Positions 40,352-50,723 are shown, counted from the first letter of the stretch. The stretch is DNA of 64,000 nucleotides from Clostridia bacterium (GCA_017411745.1 JAFQPM010000021.1:71460-135459), one strand, 5' to 3'. Numbers and translations: made by a program. Notes: generated by a model not told the origin, from the sequence alone.

Positions 40352-40380
40352 TTGAAATCGGGGGCGATATTTGATATAAT
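40352..40380 (+). promoter_or_regulatory. Promoter of the uracil-DNA glycosylase / AEC transporter pair
   Basis: TTGAAA - 17 nt - (TGa)TATAAT. Confidence 0.65.
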
Positions 40381-40443
40381 AGTAGCAAGTATATAGATCT
40401 GCGACAAAGTATACATAAAACTCAAAAAGGACGGTAAAGATAT

Positions 40444-40992
40444 ATGGGATGGGATGACCTCAAAAAGAAATGCTCCGAATGTGAAAAATGTGCCCTGCAC
40501 CAAACGAGAACCAACTGCGTTTTCGGTACGGGTAACGAAAATGCGACCCTTATGTTCATAGGCGAAGCCCCCGGCGAGCAGGAGGACCTTTCGGGTGTTC
40601 CCTTCGTCGGTCGCGCAGGACAGCTGCTCGATAAATTTCTCTGTGCAGTCGATATCAAGCGCGAGGACGTCTACATAGCCAATATCCTCAAATGCCGACC
40701 GCCCAAGAACCGCGATCCTCTCCCCGAGGAAGAGGATGCCTGCATAGACTACCTTCGCGAGCAGGTCGCGCTGATCAATCCGAAGGTCATCGTCTGTTTG
40801 GGCAGAATATCCGCGATGCGACTCATCAAGCCCGACTTCAAGATCACCAAGGAGCACGGCATCTGGTTCAAAAAGGGCAACTATCTTATGACCGCAGTAT
40901 ATCACCCCGCGGCGCTTCTGCGCGATCCTCGCAAAAAAGAGGATATGCTCGAGGATATGAAGAGGATAAAGGAAAAACTGTCGGAGGAATAA
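40444..40992 (+). CDS. Family 4 uracil-DNA glycosylase
   Basis: [24 protein letters not shown] (motif A), N-terminal Cys residues for the Fe-S cluster, and [11 protein letters not shown] (motif B). Confidence 0.9.
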   Translation: MGWDDLKKKCSECEKCALHQTRTNCVFGTGNENATLMFIGEAPGEQEDLSGVPFVGRAGQLLDKFLCAVDIKREDVYIANILKCRPPKNRDPLPEEEDACIDYLREQVALINPKVIVCLGRISAMRLIKPDFKITKEHGIWFKKGNYLMTAVYHPAALLRDPRKKEDMLEDMKRIKEKLSEE

Positions 40993-41001
40993 CGCAACCC
41001 T

Positions 41002-41958
41002 ATGGATTTCACCGCACTGAATATCGTCATTTTAACCTTATTTATCATTTTGGCGATAGGTTTTTTATGCCGTAAAACAGGAATAATAGATGACCACGCA
41101 TCCAAGAAAATGTCCAAGCTGATCTTGGCGATTGGTCAGCCCGCAATGCTCATATATTCGCTCTCAAGCGCCGAATATTCCGAAGAAAACGTCAAAATGG
41201 CAGGAGCAATGATAGTCATCGGCTTCATTTTCCACGCAATACTTGCGCTGATCGCCTTTCTCATCGCCCTCCCATTCAAAAAGCTCCCCGACGACCGCAA
41301 GGTCACCGAATTCGCCCTGATATTTGCCAACTGCGCGTTTATCGGGTTCCCGATTTTTGAAGCTCTGATCCCCGGAAAAGGACTCTTTATGGCGTCCTTC
41401 CTCGTCGTCAGCTTCAATATCCTGCTCTGGACCCTCGGACTTGGCATTTTCGCCCGAGGAAGAACCGACGTTAAAATAACCGTCAAAAAGGTCCTTGTAA
41501 ATTTCGGCACGATCCCCTGCCTTATCGGATTTATTCTGTTCCTGCTCAAAAACCCAGCGATATCATTTGAAATGCCCGAGTTTTTCACAAAAGCGGCGCA
41601 ATATCTTATGAATCTCTGCACCCCGATCTCCCTGCTCATCACGGGATCGCTGATCGCGGTCCAGAGCCCGAAAAAAATATTCGGCACCTGGCAGCTCTAT
41701 TATTTCAATATAATAAAGCTCGTGGCTCTGCCGCTTCTCGTCTGCGTGATCACCAAGCTTATAAATCTGCCCCAGCCCTACGCAATTTTTCTGACCGCGG
41801 CGGCTGCGCTTCCGTCAGCATCTGCAACCACAATGATGGCAGAGACCTACGACGTCTCTCCGGGATACGCCTCGCTGACCGTCGGCACGTCGTCATTACT
41901 TTCGATTCTCACGATCCCCCTCACTTTAACGATAGCACAATATATATTTAGCTTATAA
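41002..41958 (+). CDS. AEC (auxin efflux carrier) family transporter
   Basis: 318 aa with about 10 TM segments. Two-lobed membrane transport layout typical of the Mem_trans family. Confidence 0.75.
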   Translation: MDFTALNIVILTLFIILAIGFLCRKTGIIDDHASKKMSKLILAIGQPAMLIYSLSSAEYSEENVKMAGAMIVIGFIFHAILALIAFLIALPFKKLPDDRKVTEFALIFANCAFIGFPIFEALIPGKGLFMASFLVVSFNILLWTLGLGIFARGRTDVKITVKKVLVNFGTIPCLIGFILFLLKNPAISFEMPEFFTKAAQYLMNLCTPISLLITGSLIAVQSPKKIFGTWQLYYFNIIKLVALPLLVCVITKLINLPQPYAIFLTAAAALPSASATTMMAETYDVSPGYASLTVGTSSLLSILTIPLTLTIAQYIFSL

Positions 41959-41967
41959 AGACCAAAA

Positions 41968-41988
41968 GCGAACGGCTTGCCCGTTCGC
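41968..41988. terminator. Bidirectional terminator (AEC gene / divIC)
   Basis: GCGAACGG-cttgc-CCGTTCGC flanked by AAAA and TTTTATTTATT. Confidence 0.8.
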
Positions 41989-41990
41989 TT

Positions 41991-42362
41991 TTATTTATTG
42001 TAATCCGTATAGTATATGATCTCGTCAGGCATGTGAAGCCCAAGCTTTTCTCTCGCCACACGAATTATATAATCGTAATCCACAGGGCAATCGATAAGAT
42101 ACTGAAGCTCCTCGATCTCAAGCTCAAGCGCCTCTTTTTCCTTTTGCAACGCCTCTTTTTCACGCTGCAGCTCGTCGTACTTCATCAAGCCCGTAACGAA
42201 CAAGCCTATCGAAGATATGATCAATACCGAAAGAAGCAATCTGAGTAAAACCTTAGATGAGGGAGATGAGAGCCCCTTTTTTACCGCACGTTCAAGATTT
42301 TTTTCCGAAATATCCGAAGCTGATCCTTCCGTCTCTTTTATATCCGTTCTTTCCGTCGACAT
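41991..42362 (-). CDS. divIC: Septum formation initiator DivIC/FtsB family
   Basis: One TM helix followed by a leucine-zipper coiled coil (LQREKEALQKEKEALELEIEELQ). Position after yabQ matches Bacillus. ATG 42362 follows GGAGGAAAGGAAG. Confidence 0.75.
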   Translation of the reverse strand: MSTERTDIKETEGSASDISEKNLERAVKKGLSSPSSKVLLRLLLSVLIISSIGLFVTGLMKYDELQREKEALQKEKEALELEIEELQYLIDCPVDYDYIIRVAREKLGLHMPDEIIYYTDYNK

Positions 42363-42927
42363 AAACGAACTCTTCCTTTCCTCCCCCGTCCAAAGCAGCA
42401 GCTTCGTCGGGCTCAATTTTGTCGCGCTTTTTCCTTTGCGCTCTCCTATCCTTTATTTTACCAATAAATTTGCCGATTGTCAAGTGAAATAAGAAAATTA
42501 AACCTCTCCCCACCCAAACCAATGGCTTTGCCAATATCCTCGCCGCACGCCGCACGGCTCTTTTAATAAAACTGACCACCGCTTCGCTGACCTTAAGTAC
42601 CAATCTGCCTATTGAGAAATAATAAAGCAGCCCCCCGACAGCCAAGCCAAAATAAGTCAACCCGCGAAAAACTCCGCCGCCTACTCCGTACATCAAAAGT
42701 ATCGACGTGACCCCGACGACGATCCAAAACAAAATATCAGTCAAAAATGTCACAATGTACGCCAATACTCTCACCGCCACCGACCTTTTTACGATCGGGC
42801 GAGCATATCTGACCCCGAAAAACATTTTAAACGCCCTGATAAAATCATAAAGAACTCCAAGAGCCACTCCCGCAAGGAAAGACTTTATCAGGAGCGCGAG
42901 CAAAACCTCCTGCGAAAGATCGATCAT
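42292..42927 (-). CDS. yabQ: Spore cortex biosynthesis protein YabQ (extended basic C-terminus)
   Basis: N-terminus ...FLAGVALGVLYDFIRAF and a multi-TM YabQ-like core. Follows yabP with a 4-nt overlap. Confidence 0.7.
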   Translation of the reverse strand: MIDLSQEVLLALLIKSFLAGVALGVLYDFIRAFKMFFGVRYARPIVKRSVAVRVLAYIVTFLTDILFWIVVGVTSILLMYGVGGGVFRGLTYFGLAVGGLLYYFSIGRLVLKVSEAVVSFIKRAVRRAARILAKPLVWVGRGLIFLFHLTIGKFIGKIKDRRAQRKKRDKIEPDEAAALDGGGKEEFVYVDGKNGYKRDGRISFGYFGKKS

Positions 42928-43202
42928 TTCTTCTTACTGAAAAGACCCCTCTTGACCTGAGGAGAATTATCAAAATAATAGACCCCGTTGATCTTGCCGT
43001 CAATACTCACCTTTCCGTCAGCTACGTTGAGTACAGTCACGTGCAAGCCCTCTCCCTCAACAGCCATGCTTCCGCATGAAGTCTCCATAACCACCCCGCC
43101 CTCGTCAAAATTGACTACGTCAAGCACGCCGCTGACGTCAATACCATTCCTTGAATTTGACGAAAAAGCGTGGGCTTTATTCTCTACGATCTTATCGGAC
43201 AT
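42924..43202 (-). CDS. yabP: Sporulation protein YabP
   Basis: 92 aa. GV..V..FDE..V...T..G.M.V.GE.LH is YabP-like. ATG 43202 follows GGAGG. Confidence 0.8.
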   Translation of the reverse strand: MSDKIVENKAHAFSSNSRNGIDVSGVLDVVNFDEGGVVMETSCGSMAVEGEGLHVTVLNVADGKVSIDGKINGVYYFDNSPQVKRGLFSKKK

Positions 43203-43253
43203 AAAAAAACCTCCGCACATATTTTGTACAAATATATGCGGAAGCTTCTCCGA

Positions 43254-43496
43254 TTATTCAATTACCTCATAAAGCGAAGCGGCGTCTGCCTTAGCCGTAA
43301 ACTCCTTTACGTCAAGAACTCTGACCTTGAGAGTGCGCTGACCGAAGCTGACCTCGATAACGTCGCCCTGCTTAACGTCGTAAGACGCCTTGGCAGGTCT
43401 GCCGTTGACCGTCACGTGCTCGGCATCGCAAGCGTCGTTGGCAACCGTCCTTCTCTTTATAATTCTTGAAACCTTCAGATATTTATCAAGACGCAT
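43254..43496 (-). CDS. S4-domain RNA-binding protein (YabO/Hsp15-like)
   Basis: MRLDKYLKVSRIIKRRTVANDAC....V.VNG...K.S..V..GD. Confidence 0.85.
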   Translation of the reverse strand: MRLDKYLKVSRIIKRRTVANDACDAEHVTVNGRPAKASYDVKQGDVIEVSFGQRTLKVRVLDVKEFTAKADAASLYEVIE

Positions 43497-43771
43497 TAGC
43501 CGTTAACTTTGTCCTTAAGGGTGCTGCCTGCGCTGAATGCAACGTACTTGGAAGCGGGGATCTGAACCTCTTCGCCGGTCTTGGGATTTCTACCGGTTCT
43601 AGCTGCACGGGACTTAACCTCAAATCCGCCGAAACCGGTGATCTTGATGTCGCCGCCTGCTGCGAGAGTCTCAGCGATAACTTCGAGAACAGCGTTAACC
43701 GCCTCTGCTGCGTCCTTCTTCGTCATGCCTGCCTTCTGAGCAACTGCATCTGTGAGCTGTAATTTGTTCAT
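43496..43771 (-). CDS. hup: DNA-binding protein HU
   Basis: MNK.QL....A...G.TKKDA..AV......I...L..G....I.GFG.FEV..RAAR.GRNP.TGE is canonical HU. Confidence 0.95.
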   Translation of the reverse strand: MNKLQLTDAVAQKAGMTKKDAAEAVNAVLEVIAETLAAGGDIKITGFGGFEVKSRAARTGRNPKTGEEVQIPASKYVAFSAGSTLKDKVNG

Positions 43772-43869
43772 AATGTAAACCTCTTTCTTTTTATTTATTT
43801 TTGTCGTTGGAAGCAGAGCATAGGCAATTTTACCATTTGAAACGGCATTCCAACCACTTTGTTTAGTTA

Positions 43870-43898
43870 ATTATACCATACTTTAAAATTTTTTGCAA
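43870..43898 (-). promoter_or_regulatory. Promoter of hup
   Basis: TTGCAA - 17 nt - TATAAT on the minus strand. Confidence 0.7.
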
Positions 43899-43950
43899 GA
43901 GCTTTTTTCAAAAAAATCAGTATTTTTTATCAAAAAAGCCTTATCCCGCC

Positions 43951-44769
43951 TCAATTTTCGTGTTTTATCTCATCCCAGACGGCATCAAGCTCGCTCATAG
44001 TCAGATTTTCAACGCTTTCGCCTCGAGAGTTTACAATTTTTTCCACTTTTTCGAAACGATCTATAAACTTATTTGTCGCACGCACCAAAGCCTCCTCGGA
44101 GTCGGTATGTGCTTTTCTGGCAAGGCTTGTAACGGTCAGCAAGAGGTCTCCTATCTCCTCGTCGATCTCTGACTGATCACCGCTTTCCATAGCGGCTTTA
44201 ACCTCATCGATTTCCTCGTAAAGCTTGGCGATCACCTCGTCTGCAGTGCCGAAATCAAAGAACGACGCCTTCTTGCCAACCTTTTGCGCACGCATCAGCG
44301 CGGGAAGCATAGGAGGAATCGCGCGGAGCTTGTCGGTAAGCGTATCTCTGTGCTTTTCCTCGGTCTTGATCTTATCCCAATTTGAAAGGACCTCGTCGCT
44401 GTTACTGACCTGAACCTCCCCGAAAACGTGAGGATGGCGGTGGATAAGCTTTGCGCAAATATCGTTCGCGACGTCATAAACGTCAAAGCTACCCTGCTCT
44501 GCCTCTATCTGCGCGTGAAAAGCAACCTGTAAAAGCACGTCTCCAAGCTCCTCGCGCAAAAGCACGGGATCATCGGTGTCAATTGCCTCAATCACCTCGT
44601 AGGTCTCCTCAATAAAATCTTTTCTCACACTCTTGTGAGTCTGCTCCATATCCCAAGGACATCCCCCGGGCGCGCGAAGCAGCTGCACCACCGTAACAAG
44701 ATCGTCAAAGCCGTATCTTTCCTGATTGACCAAACGCTCCACGTTTTGCTGTCTTTCTTCCTGTGTCAT
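43951..44769 (-). CDS. mazG: MazG nucleoside triphosphate pyrophosphohydrolase (tandem MazG domains)
   Basis: CPWD..QTH.S......EE.YE..EAI and EELGD.LLQV motifs, repeated in the C-terminal half (EEIGDLLL). Confidence 0.92.
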   Translation of the reverse strand: MTQEERQQNVERLVNQERYGFDDLVTVVQLLRAPGGCPWDMEQTHKSVRKDFIEETYEVIEAIDTDDPVLLREELGDVLLQVAFHAQIEAEQGSFDVYDVANDICAKLIHRHPHVFGEVQVSNSDEVLSNWDKIKTEEKHRDTLTDKLRAIPPMLPALMRAQKVGKKASFFDFGTADEVIAKLYEEIDEVKAAMESGDQSEIDEEIGDLLLTVTSLARKAHTDSEEALVRATNKFIDRFEKVEKIVNSRGESVENLTMSELDAVWDEIKHEN

Positions 44770-44791
44770 TTTGTTTTCCTCTTTTATATAA

Positions 44792-46384
44792 TTATTTATT
44801 TTTACCCGAACTCAACCTATTTAATATCGGCATATCAGATATTTCCTCTTTTTTTACCACTTTGAATATAAAGATCAGCGGCAGATATAATATAGCCGCG
44901 ATCGCAATACAAGCAAGCGTCAAAACAGCGCCTTCTCCCATACGCATAGCCAAAGCATTGTACGCTACCCTCGCGAGTATGACCGCAACGGCAGATGCCA
45001 TAAACGGCATCAAAAATACCGTGCTCACCGATGGAGTCCTCGGCATTACCCTTGAAATGCAGTAAAAATTCACCGCATTTATAATGAGATCGCAAAAAAA
45101 CGTGCTTATCGGCGCGCCGAGAATACCGATCTCGGAATTTCCTATCAAAAAATACGCCAACACTATCTTAACCAAAGATCCCACCGCCATAGAAATTATC
45201 GGGATATAAGCCCTCGAATATGCCTGCAATATTGCGTTGCTGACCGTGATCAGACAAGCCGACGTGACCGAAAGCCCAAGAACGACAAGAAGCGGATATG
45301 CCTCACTTATCGCCTCGCTCTCTCCCACAAAAACTAGCTCCAATACAGGCTTTGCAAATAGCGACAGACCAACGGCGATCGGCATAGATACCACGCTCGT
45401 CAGCTTCAGAGCGTCAGAGACCACCCGTTCCTGCTCCTCAGCGTCATTCATAGCCACCGCCCTCGATAAAGACGGTATCAGTGGCATCGCAACCGACGCG
45501 ATCAGCGCGGGCGCAAGACTGAAAAGCGGAAGCGCAAGCGTGGTGTAGTTTCCGTAAGCCGAAAACGCGACCTCACTTTCGTATCCAAGATCCTGCAACC
45601 GCCGCAGTATCATAGTCATATCAATGACCTTTGTCAAGCTGATCACCGCCGCAGAAAGCGTCACCGGGATCGCAGTTCTCATCAATCGCCAAGCGATCCC
45701 TCGGTCGTTTTTCTCACCCAAGGAGCAGGTCACTTTTTCGCCCGAAGATCTCTTGCTCAGCATCAGATACAAAGCTGAAACCGCAGTTCCGAGCGTCAGC
45801 CCGAGAACCGCAAATGCCGCAACCACGTCGATCGAATACCCGAGACGTAGAGCAACAAACGCAAAGATCAACCCCAATATCAGCTTTCCCAAGGACTCTA
45901 TTACCTGTGATACAGCAGTAGGAAGCATTTTACCGTGCCCCTGAAAAAATCCTCGATAAGCGCTTGATAAACAAATGAGAAACACCGTCGGAGCGATGGC
46001 AAAAATGCAAAAAACAGTCTTGTCACTTCCAAGAAATTCGGAAAACGGATGTGCAAAGCCTATCATAATGGCACTGCCCACAACTCCGAGCAACAAGAAA
46101 ATCCTAATAGCCACACGAAATATCTTCTCTGCCCCGCCCTTTTCAGAGGATATCATTACCGACATCGCAACGGGCAGACCCGTGGTCGCAATAATACAAA
46201 ACAGAGTGTATATCTCGTAAGCTGAATTGAAATATCCCATGCCTTCGCTACCCAATAGCTTGAGCATGGGAATTTTATATATAAGTCCGATTATTTTTAC
46301 GATGACGGCAGACAGTGAGAGCACTAAAACCCCCGACATAAACCCGTTATCCCTGATTCCTTTATCCGAGCGTTTATCCGTCAC
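44792..46384 (-). CDS. SpoVB/YabM-type MOP flippase
   Basis: 530 aa, 14 TM segments, GSEGMGYFNSAYEIY motif. Sits upstream of mazG like Bacillus yabM. GTG 46384 follows GAGGTG. Confidence 0.75.
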   Translation of the reverse strand: MTDKRSDKGIRDNGFMSGVLVLSLSAVIVKIIGLIYKIPMLKLLGSEGMGYFNSAYEIYTLFCIIATTGLPVAMSVMISSEKGGAEKIFRVAIRIFLLLGVVGSAIMIGFAHPFSEFLGSDKTVFCIFAIAPTVFLICLSSAYRGFFQGHGKMLPTAVSQVIESLGKLILGLIFAFVALRLGYSIDVVAAFAVLGLTLGTAVSALYLMLSKRSSGEKVTCSLGEKNDRGIAWRLMRTAIPVTLSAAVISLTKVIDMTMILRRLQDLGYESEVAFSAYGNYTTLALPLFSLAPALIASVAMPLIPSLSRAVAMNDAEEQERVVSDALKLTSVVSMPIAVGLSLFAKPVLELVFVGESEAISEAYPLLVVLGLSVTSACLITVSNAILQAYSRAYIPIISMAVGSLVKIVLAYFLIGNSEIGILGAPISTFFCDLIINAVNFYCISRVMPRTPSVSTVFLMPFMASAVAVILARVAYNALAMRMGEGAVLTLACIAIAAILYLPLIFIFKVVKKEEISDMPILNRLSSGKNK

Positions 46385-46397
46385 CGTAGCACCTCAC

Positions 46398-47684
46398 TCA
46401 ATCGAAATAGTGAGAAATAACTCTCCGAGCCTCGCTCTTGAGCTTCTCCTCGTCAATCGTAGTGTATGCGTGATCTTCGTAAAGTATGTTACCGTCACAA
46501 ACGGTCATAAGTATGTTTTCTTCAGTCATAGCGTAGCAGACCGCCGACTCAAAGCTGTATGCGGGGATATTATTCATCGCGCTCATGTCAACGAGCAAGA
46601 GATCTGCCTTCATACCCACCTTTATCTCACCGCAATCCTCTCTGCCCTGAGCGATAGCACCGTTTCTTGTGGCTACCTTTATCATTTCTTGCGCACAGGT
46701 CACAGATGGATCAAGATCGTTGCCCTTGTGTATCAGTGCTGCAAATTGCAGCTCACGAAGAACGCTCAGGCGGTTATTTGATGCCGCACCGTCGGTACCG
46801 AGAGTGACGTTAACTCCCGCATCCATCATCTTCTTAAAGGGCATTATTCCGCTGCCAAGCTTAAGATTGCTGACGGGGTTGTGAGCTACGCTGACTCCCT
46901 TGCGAGCCATAAGCGCAATATCCTCGTCGGTGACCCAAACGCAATGCGCCGCAGTCAGAGGCACGTCAAGACAGCCCGCGCGGTCAAAGAACTCTGCAGG
47001 CGTGATTCCGTGGCGCTCTATACAAGCGTCGTGCTCGGAGGCAGTCTCCGATAGGTGTATCTGCAAGCCGGTCTTTCTTTCCTTTGCAAGCTCGGCAAGG
47101 TATCGGCAGCATTTTTCCACGTTGGTATACTCCGCGTGGAGCGACATATTGATCTTTATTCTTCCGTCAGCCCTTCCGTGCCAGCGGTCGAAGACCTCAA
47201 TACCCTCGTTTATACGAGAGTCGTTGATAACGTCTATATCGGGGTCAAACGACACGATCGAGCGCGACAGATTGGCCTTTATTCCGCTCTCCTCAACCGC
47301 TTTCGCCGTCTCGTCAAGGAAAAAGTACATATCCGAGAACGAGACCACACCGTTTCTTATCATCTCCGCGATAGCGACCATAGAGCCGTAATAAACGCTC
47401 TCGCCCGTCAATCTGTCCTCTGCGGGAAAGATCCTCTCGTTGAGCCATCTCTGCAAGGGCAGATCGTCGCCGTACCCTCTGAAAAGGGTCATCGCACTGT
47501 GACAGTGAGTGTTATAGAATGCGGGAATAACGAGATTTCCGTTACCCTCTATCACTCTGTCGGCGCGCTCCTCGGGCAAAGCCGTGCCAACGTATGCGAT
47601 TCTCCCATCCTTTACGAGAATATTCACCGAAGACTCAAATCCGTAGCCCTCGGTAAGATTAACGTTTTTTAAAAGTATGCTCAT
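46398..47684 (-). CDS. mtaD: 5-methylthioadenosine/S-adenosylhomocysteine deaminase-type amidohydrolase
   Basis: HCHSAMTLFRGYGDDLPLQ.WL, HLSET and GTDGAASNN metal-ligand blocks. Confidence 0.85.
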   Translation of the reverse strand: MSILLKNVNLTEGYGFESSVNILVKDGRIAYVGTALPEERADRVIEGNGNLVIPAFYNTHCHSAMTLFRGYGDDLPLQRWLNERIFPAEDRLTGESVYYGSMVAIAEMIRNGVVSFSDMYFFLDETAKAVEESGIKANLSRSIVSFDPDIDVINDSRINEGIEVFDRWHGRADGRIKINMSLHAEYTNVEKCCRYLAELAKERKTGLQIHLSETASEHDACIERHGITPAEFFDRAGCLDVPLTAAHCVWVTDEDIALMARKGVSVAHNPVSNLKLGSGIMPFKKMMDAGVNVTLGTDGAASNNRLSVLRELQFAALIHKGNDLDPSVTCAQEMIKVATRNGAIAQGREDCGEIKVGMKADLLLVDMSAMNNIPAYSFESAVCYAMTEENILMTVCDGNILYEDHAYTTIDEEKLKSEARRVISHYFD

Positions 47685-47703
47685 ATTTCAACGTCCTTAT
47701 TTT

Positions 47704-48615
47704 TCAAACAAATTCACGGTACAACGAGCTCGGCGAAATAACGAAGCTCTCTATACCAACTATATCCTCTATCAGATTCAAGATATCCACGCACCTCGCG
47801 TAATACTTGTCGCTCCTGTCCACACCTGCAAGTATACGGCGCAGATAAGGCGCAAGCACGTTCATCTCGTAAGCAAGAGTGGTGTCTATCTTAACGTCGC
47901 ATCTGTCCATATACGGAAAAATGTTCGTCTCCTCGTTCCTTCTCACGCTTTCCCAAAGACCGAGCGTAAATTCGGGCGAAGCTCCGCGGAAATTACTGTC
48001 GCGAACGAGTCTGCGGCAAAGCCTTATAAAATCGGGATCGAATACGACGCCGCCTATCTCGATCGGGCTCTCGGGTCTGACTCCGAGGACTGCGCCTCCG
48101 TGAGCCTCAATGACCGACAAGACCGACGGATAGAGCACCTGAATGCCCTCAAAAAGCAGAATATCGTCGCCGTCAAGCTCAACGTCCACCCAACTGCCCC
48201 TGTCGCCGCTGACAAAATCAAAGATAGGCTTTTTAGCCCTACCCTTCGCGAAAAGCTCGTCAACAAATCTGCCGAGCAGCTCGGTATCAAGAGTATCGGG
48301 AGAATCGAAATCCAACTTTTCGGGATCCGCGCCCACAAGACTGCTGCGCGAAAACTGATCCTTGAAAAAGTCGTCAAGCGAGACCGTTACTACTCTTTTT
48401 TGCTCGTCACCGAGATAAGCCAACAGCTTGTTTGCCGCAGTGGTCTTTCCCGAGCAGGTAGGACCTGTCAATCCGAGCACCCTCGCGTTGTTTTTCTCGC
48501 AAAGAGTTTTGACCGACTCCGCAAGCAAAGCTTCAAAATCCTTGTCGCATTCGGTGATGAATTTTTCATCTATTTTTGCAAATCCTTGCTTGTTAATACG
48601 TTTTTCAGTTGCCAT
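47704..48615 (-). CDS. Uridine kinase/PRK-family P-loop nucleoside kinase with C-terminal extension
   Basis: Walker A GLTGPTCSGKTT and a uridine-kinase-like core (FEGIQVLY). The roughly 100-aa C-terminal part is unassigned. Confidence 0.55.
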   Translation of the reverse strand: MATEKRINKQGFAKIDEKFITECDKDFEALLAESVKTLCEKNNARVLGLTGPTCSGKTTAANKLLAYLGDEQKRVVTVSLDDFFKDQFSRSSLVGADPEKLDFDSPDTLDTELLGRFVDELFAKGRAKKPIFDFVSGDRGSWVDVELDGDDILLFEGIQVLYPSVLSVIEAHGGAVLGVRPESPIEIGGVVFDPDFIRLCRRLVRDSNFRGASPEFTLGLWESVRRNEETNIFPYMDRCDVKIDTTLAYEMNVLAPYLRRILAGVDRSDKYYARCVDILNLIEDIVGIESFVISPSSLYREFV

Positions 48616-48696
48616 ATATCCTCCACAACACTAAAAATAAACATTGGAAACACGGCCGCGCAGATCGATCAACAACAGAGATGGAAGCATAGCCAT

Positions 48697-50196
48697 TTAT
48701 ACAAGACCGTGCTTGATATAAAATTCACGCGCGGCGTTAAGCTTTTCCTCTGTCTTATCCTCCGCAAGATATTCGTAAGGGTATTTCTGATTGAAAAATC
48801 TCTCGATCGTACGCTTATTATCTCCCGAAGGAGCAATATCAACGAACTTCGAAACAGCACCCGCACCTGCGGCGAATATTGAGTGAAGCTCCTCCATCAT
48901 ATAAATATTGTAAAGGCCCTTTTTACCGTCAAGGCAAAATCCCACGTTTTCGTAGTTTCCGACCGTATTCTTTTGACGGTACATATAATAGGGCTGATAT
49001 CCCTCATGCTGCGCCTTTATCTGCGAATAATCAACGCATTTTCCAACGTCACCTCCGCGCACCGAGTATATGTGACTGAAATTCTTGAGCGCATCACTCG
49101 CCTTTTTCACGCTGAAGGTGTGCACGGTAATATTTTCGGGACGGAGCGAAACGATCTTATCGTAAGAAGCGGAAAAGCTTGCGAATTTATCTCCGGGGAG
49201 TCCCGTGATAACGTCGGTGTTTATGTTTGCGATTCCCGAATTACGAGCAATATCGTAAGCCCTCAAAAAATCGTCTGCCGTATGGGAGCGACCGATTATA
49301 CGCAAAACGTCGTCGTTGAGCGTCTGGGGATTAACGCTGATACGGTTGATACCGTGCGCCATAGCCACACGCATCTTGCCCTCGGTGATGGTATCGGGTC
49401 TTCCCGCCTCCAAGGTATATTCTTCCACGGTCGAAACGTCGATATTCGCCTCTACCACAGATAAGAGCCACGCAAGCTGAGCTTCGTCAAGTATCGTAGG
49501 AGTACCTCCACCTATGTATATCGTCTTGACAGTAAGACCAAGCTCCTTGATAGTATCAAAGGTCCTGTTTATCTCCTTGCCAAGTGCAACGAGATAATCG
49601 GGTATCGTCGAAAGCAGCTTTTTAGAAGTATATGAGACGAACGAGCAATATGCACATCTCGTCGGGCAAAAAGGTATAGATATATATACGCTGCAAGCCT
49701 TTGGCTCTACCTTTTGGACCAATTCAGCCTCGTTAAGAGCGACCTCGGTGGCAAGCGCCGCCTTTTTGGGAATAACGAAATAATCGTTTACCAAGGCCTT
49801 CTTGACTCTCGTCTTTGACATTCCGCTTGCAAAAAGCTCGGTCGCGACCTTAGAGGGACGAACGCCGACAAGCATTCCCCAGGACGGTCTGTATCCTATG
49901 ACCTCACTGCATACCGATAACACCGCGTCACCCACAGCGATCTTTTTGAGTCTGTCATACGTAATATCTTCGCGAATAGGATATACCTTTTCACAATTCG
50001 CAAATTTTTCTTCAAGCGTCAATTCAGCGCACACCTTGACTCCCGCGTCGGTCTCCTCAAGAGAAAGCGTCAGCTCGGGCGACGCGACCTCGGGATCCGT
50101 CGGCACCTTGTCAGAAAATTTCTCCCCTGGGAAAAATATCATACAAAGAGTCTGAACGTAATACGCGTTTATATTTCCGCTTATGTTTAGTTTCAT
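48697..50196 (-). CDS. hemZ: HemZ-type radical SAM coproporphyrinogen dehydrogenase-like protein
   Basis: 499 aa. CPTRCAYCSF cluster motif preceded by a roughly 170-aa N-terminal domain, as in HemZ. Confidence 0.65.
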   Translation of the reverse strand: MKLNISGNINAYYVQTLCMIFFPGEKFSDKVPTDPEVASPELTLSLEETDAGVKVCAELTLEEKFANCEKVYPIREDITYDRLKKIAVGDAVLSVCSEVIGYRPSWGMLVGVRPSKVATELFASGMSKTRVKKALVNDYFVIPKKAALATEVALNEAELVQKVEPKACSVYISIPFCPTRCAYCSFVSYTSKKLLSTIPDYLVALGKEINRTFDTIKELGLTVKTIYIGGGTPTILDEAQLAWLLSVVEANIDVSTVEEYTLEAGRPDTITEGKMRVAMAHGINRISVNPQTLNDDVLRIIGRSHTADDFLRAYDIARNSGIANINTDVITGLPGDKFASFSASYDKIVSLRPENITVHTFSVKKASDALKNFSHIYSVRGGDVGKCVDYSQIKAQHEGYQPYYMYRQKNTVGNYENVGFCLDGKKGLYNIYMMEELHSIFAAGAGAVSKFVDIAPSGDNKRTIERFFNQKYPYEYLAEDKTEEKLNAAREFYIKHGLV

Positions 50197-50261
50197 TTTC
50201 CTATTGTCCTTCCTGATCCGTGTATTTTAATTATCACACGCTGGTGAAAGATCTGTATCTC

Positions 50262-50723
50262 TCACGCCTTTTTCTTTTTGAGGACCTCGCTGTCCATAAC
50301 TATGGTAACGGGTCCGTTATTGACGAGACTTACTTCCATATGAGCGCCGAAGACTCCGCAGCCAACGTGACGGAGCTCGGCAGCCATAAGTCCCTTAAAA
50401 TATTCGTAAAGTCTGTTCGCCTCGGCAGGCGACGCCGATTCAAGATAATCGGGACGGTTGCCGTGCTTGTAGTTCGCCATCAAAGTAAATTGAGATATAA
50501 CGAGCGCCTCACCGTCGATATTTTTGACCGAAAGATTCATCTTATCGTTTTCATCGCTGAATATTCTCAAATTACATATCTTGGTCGCGAGCAGCCTTGC
50601 GTCCTCCTCGGTATCACCGTTGGCAACACCCAAAAGTATCATCAAACCCTCCGCGCACTCTCCGACGATCTGACCGTCAACACTGACGCTCGCACGCTTT
50701 ACTCTTTGCAATACCGCCTTCAT
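50262..50723 (-). CDS. dtd: D-aminoacyl-tRNA deacylase
   Basis: MKAVLQRV..ASV.V.G...G.I..G...LLGV and SQFTL are canonical Dtd. Confidence 0.95.
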   Translation of the reverse strand: MKAVLQRVKRASVSVDGQIVGECAEGLMILLGVANGDTEEDARLLATKICNLRIFSDENDKMNLSVKNIDGEALVISQFTLMANYKHGNRPDYLESASPAEANRLYEYFKGLMAAELRHVGCGVFGAHMEVSLVNNGPVTIVMDSEVLKKKKA

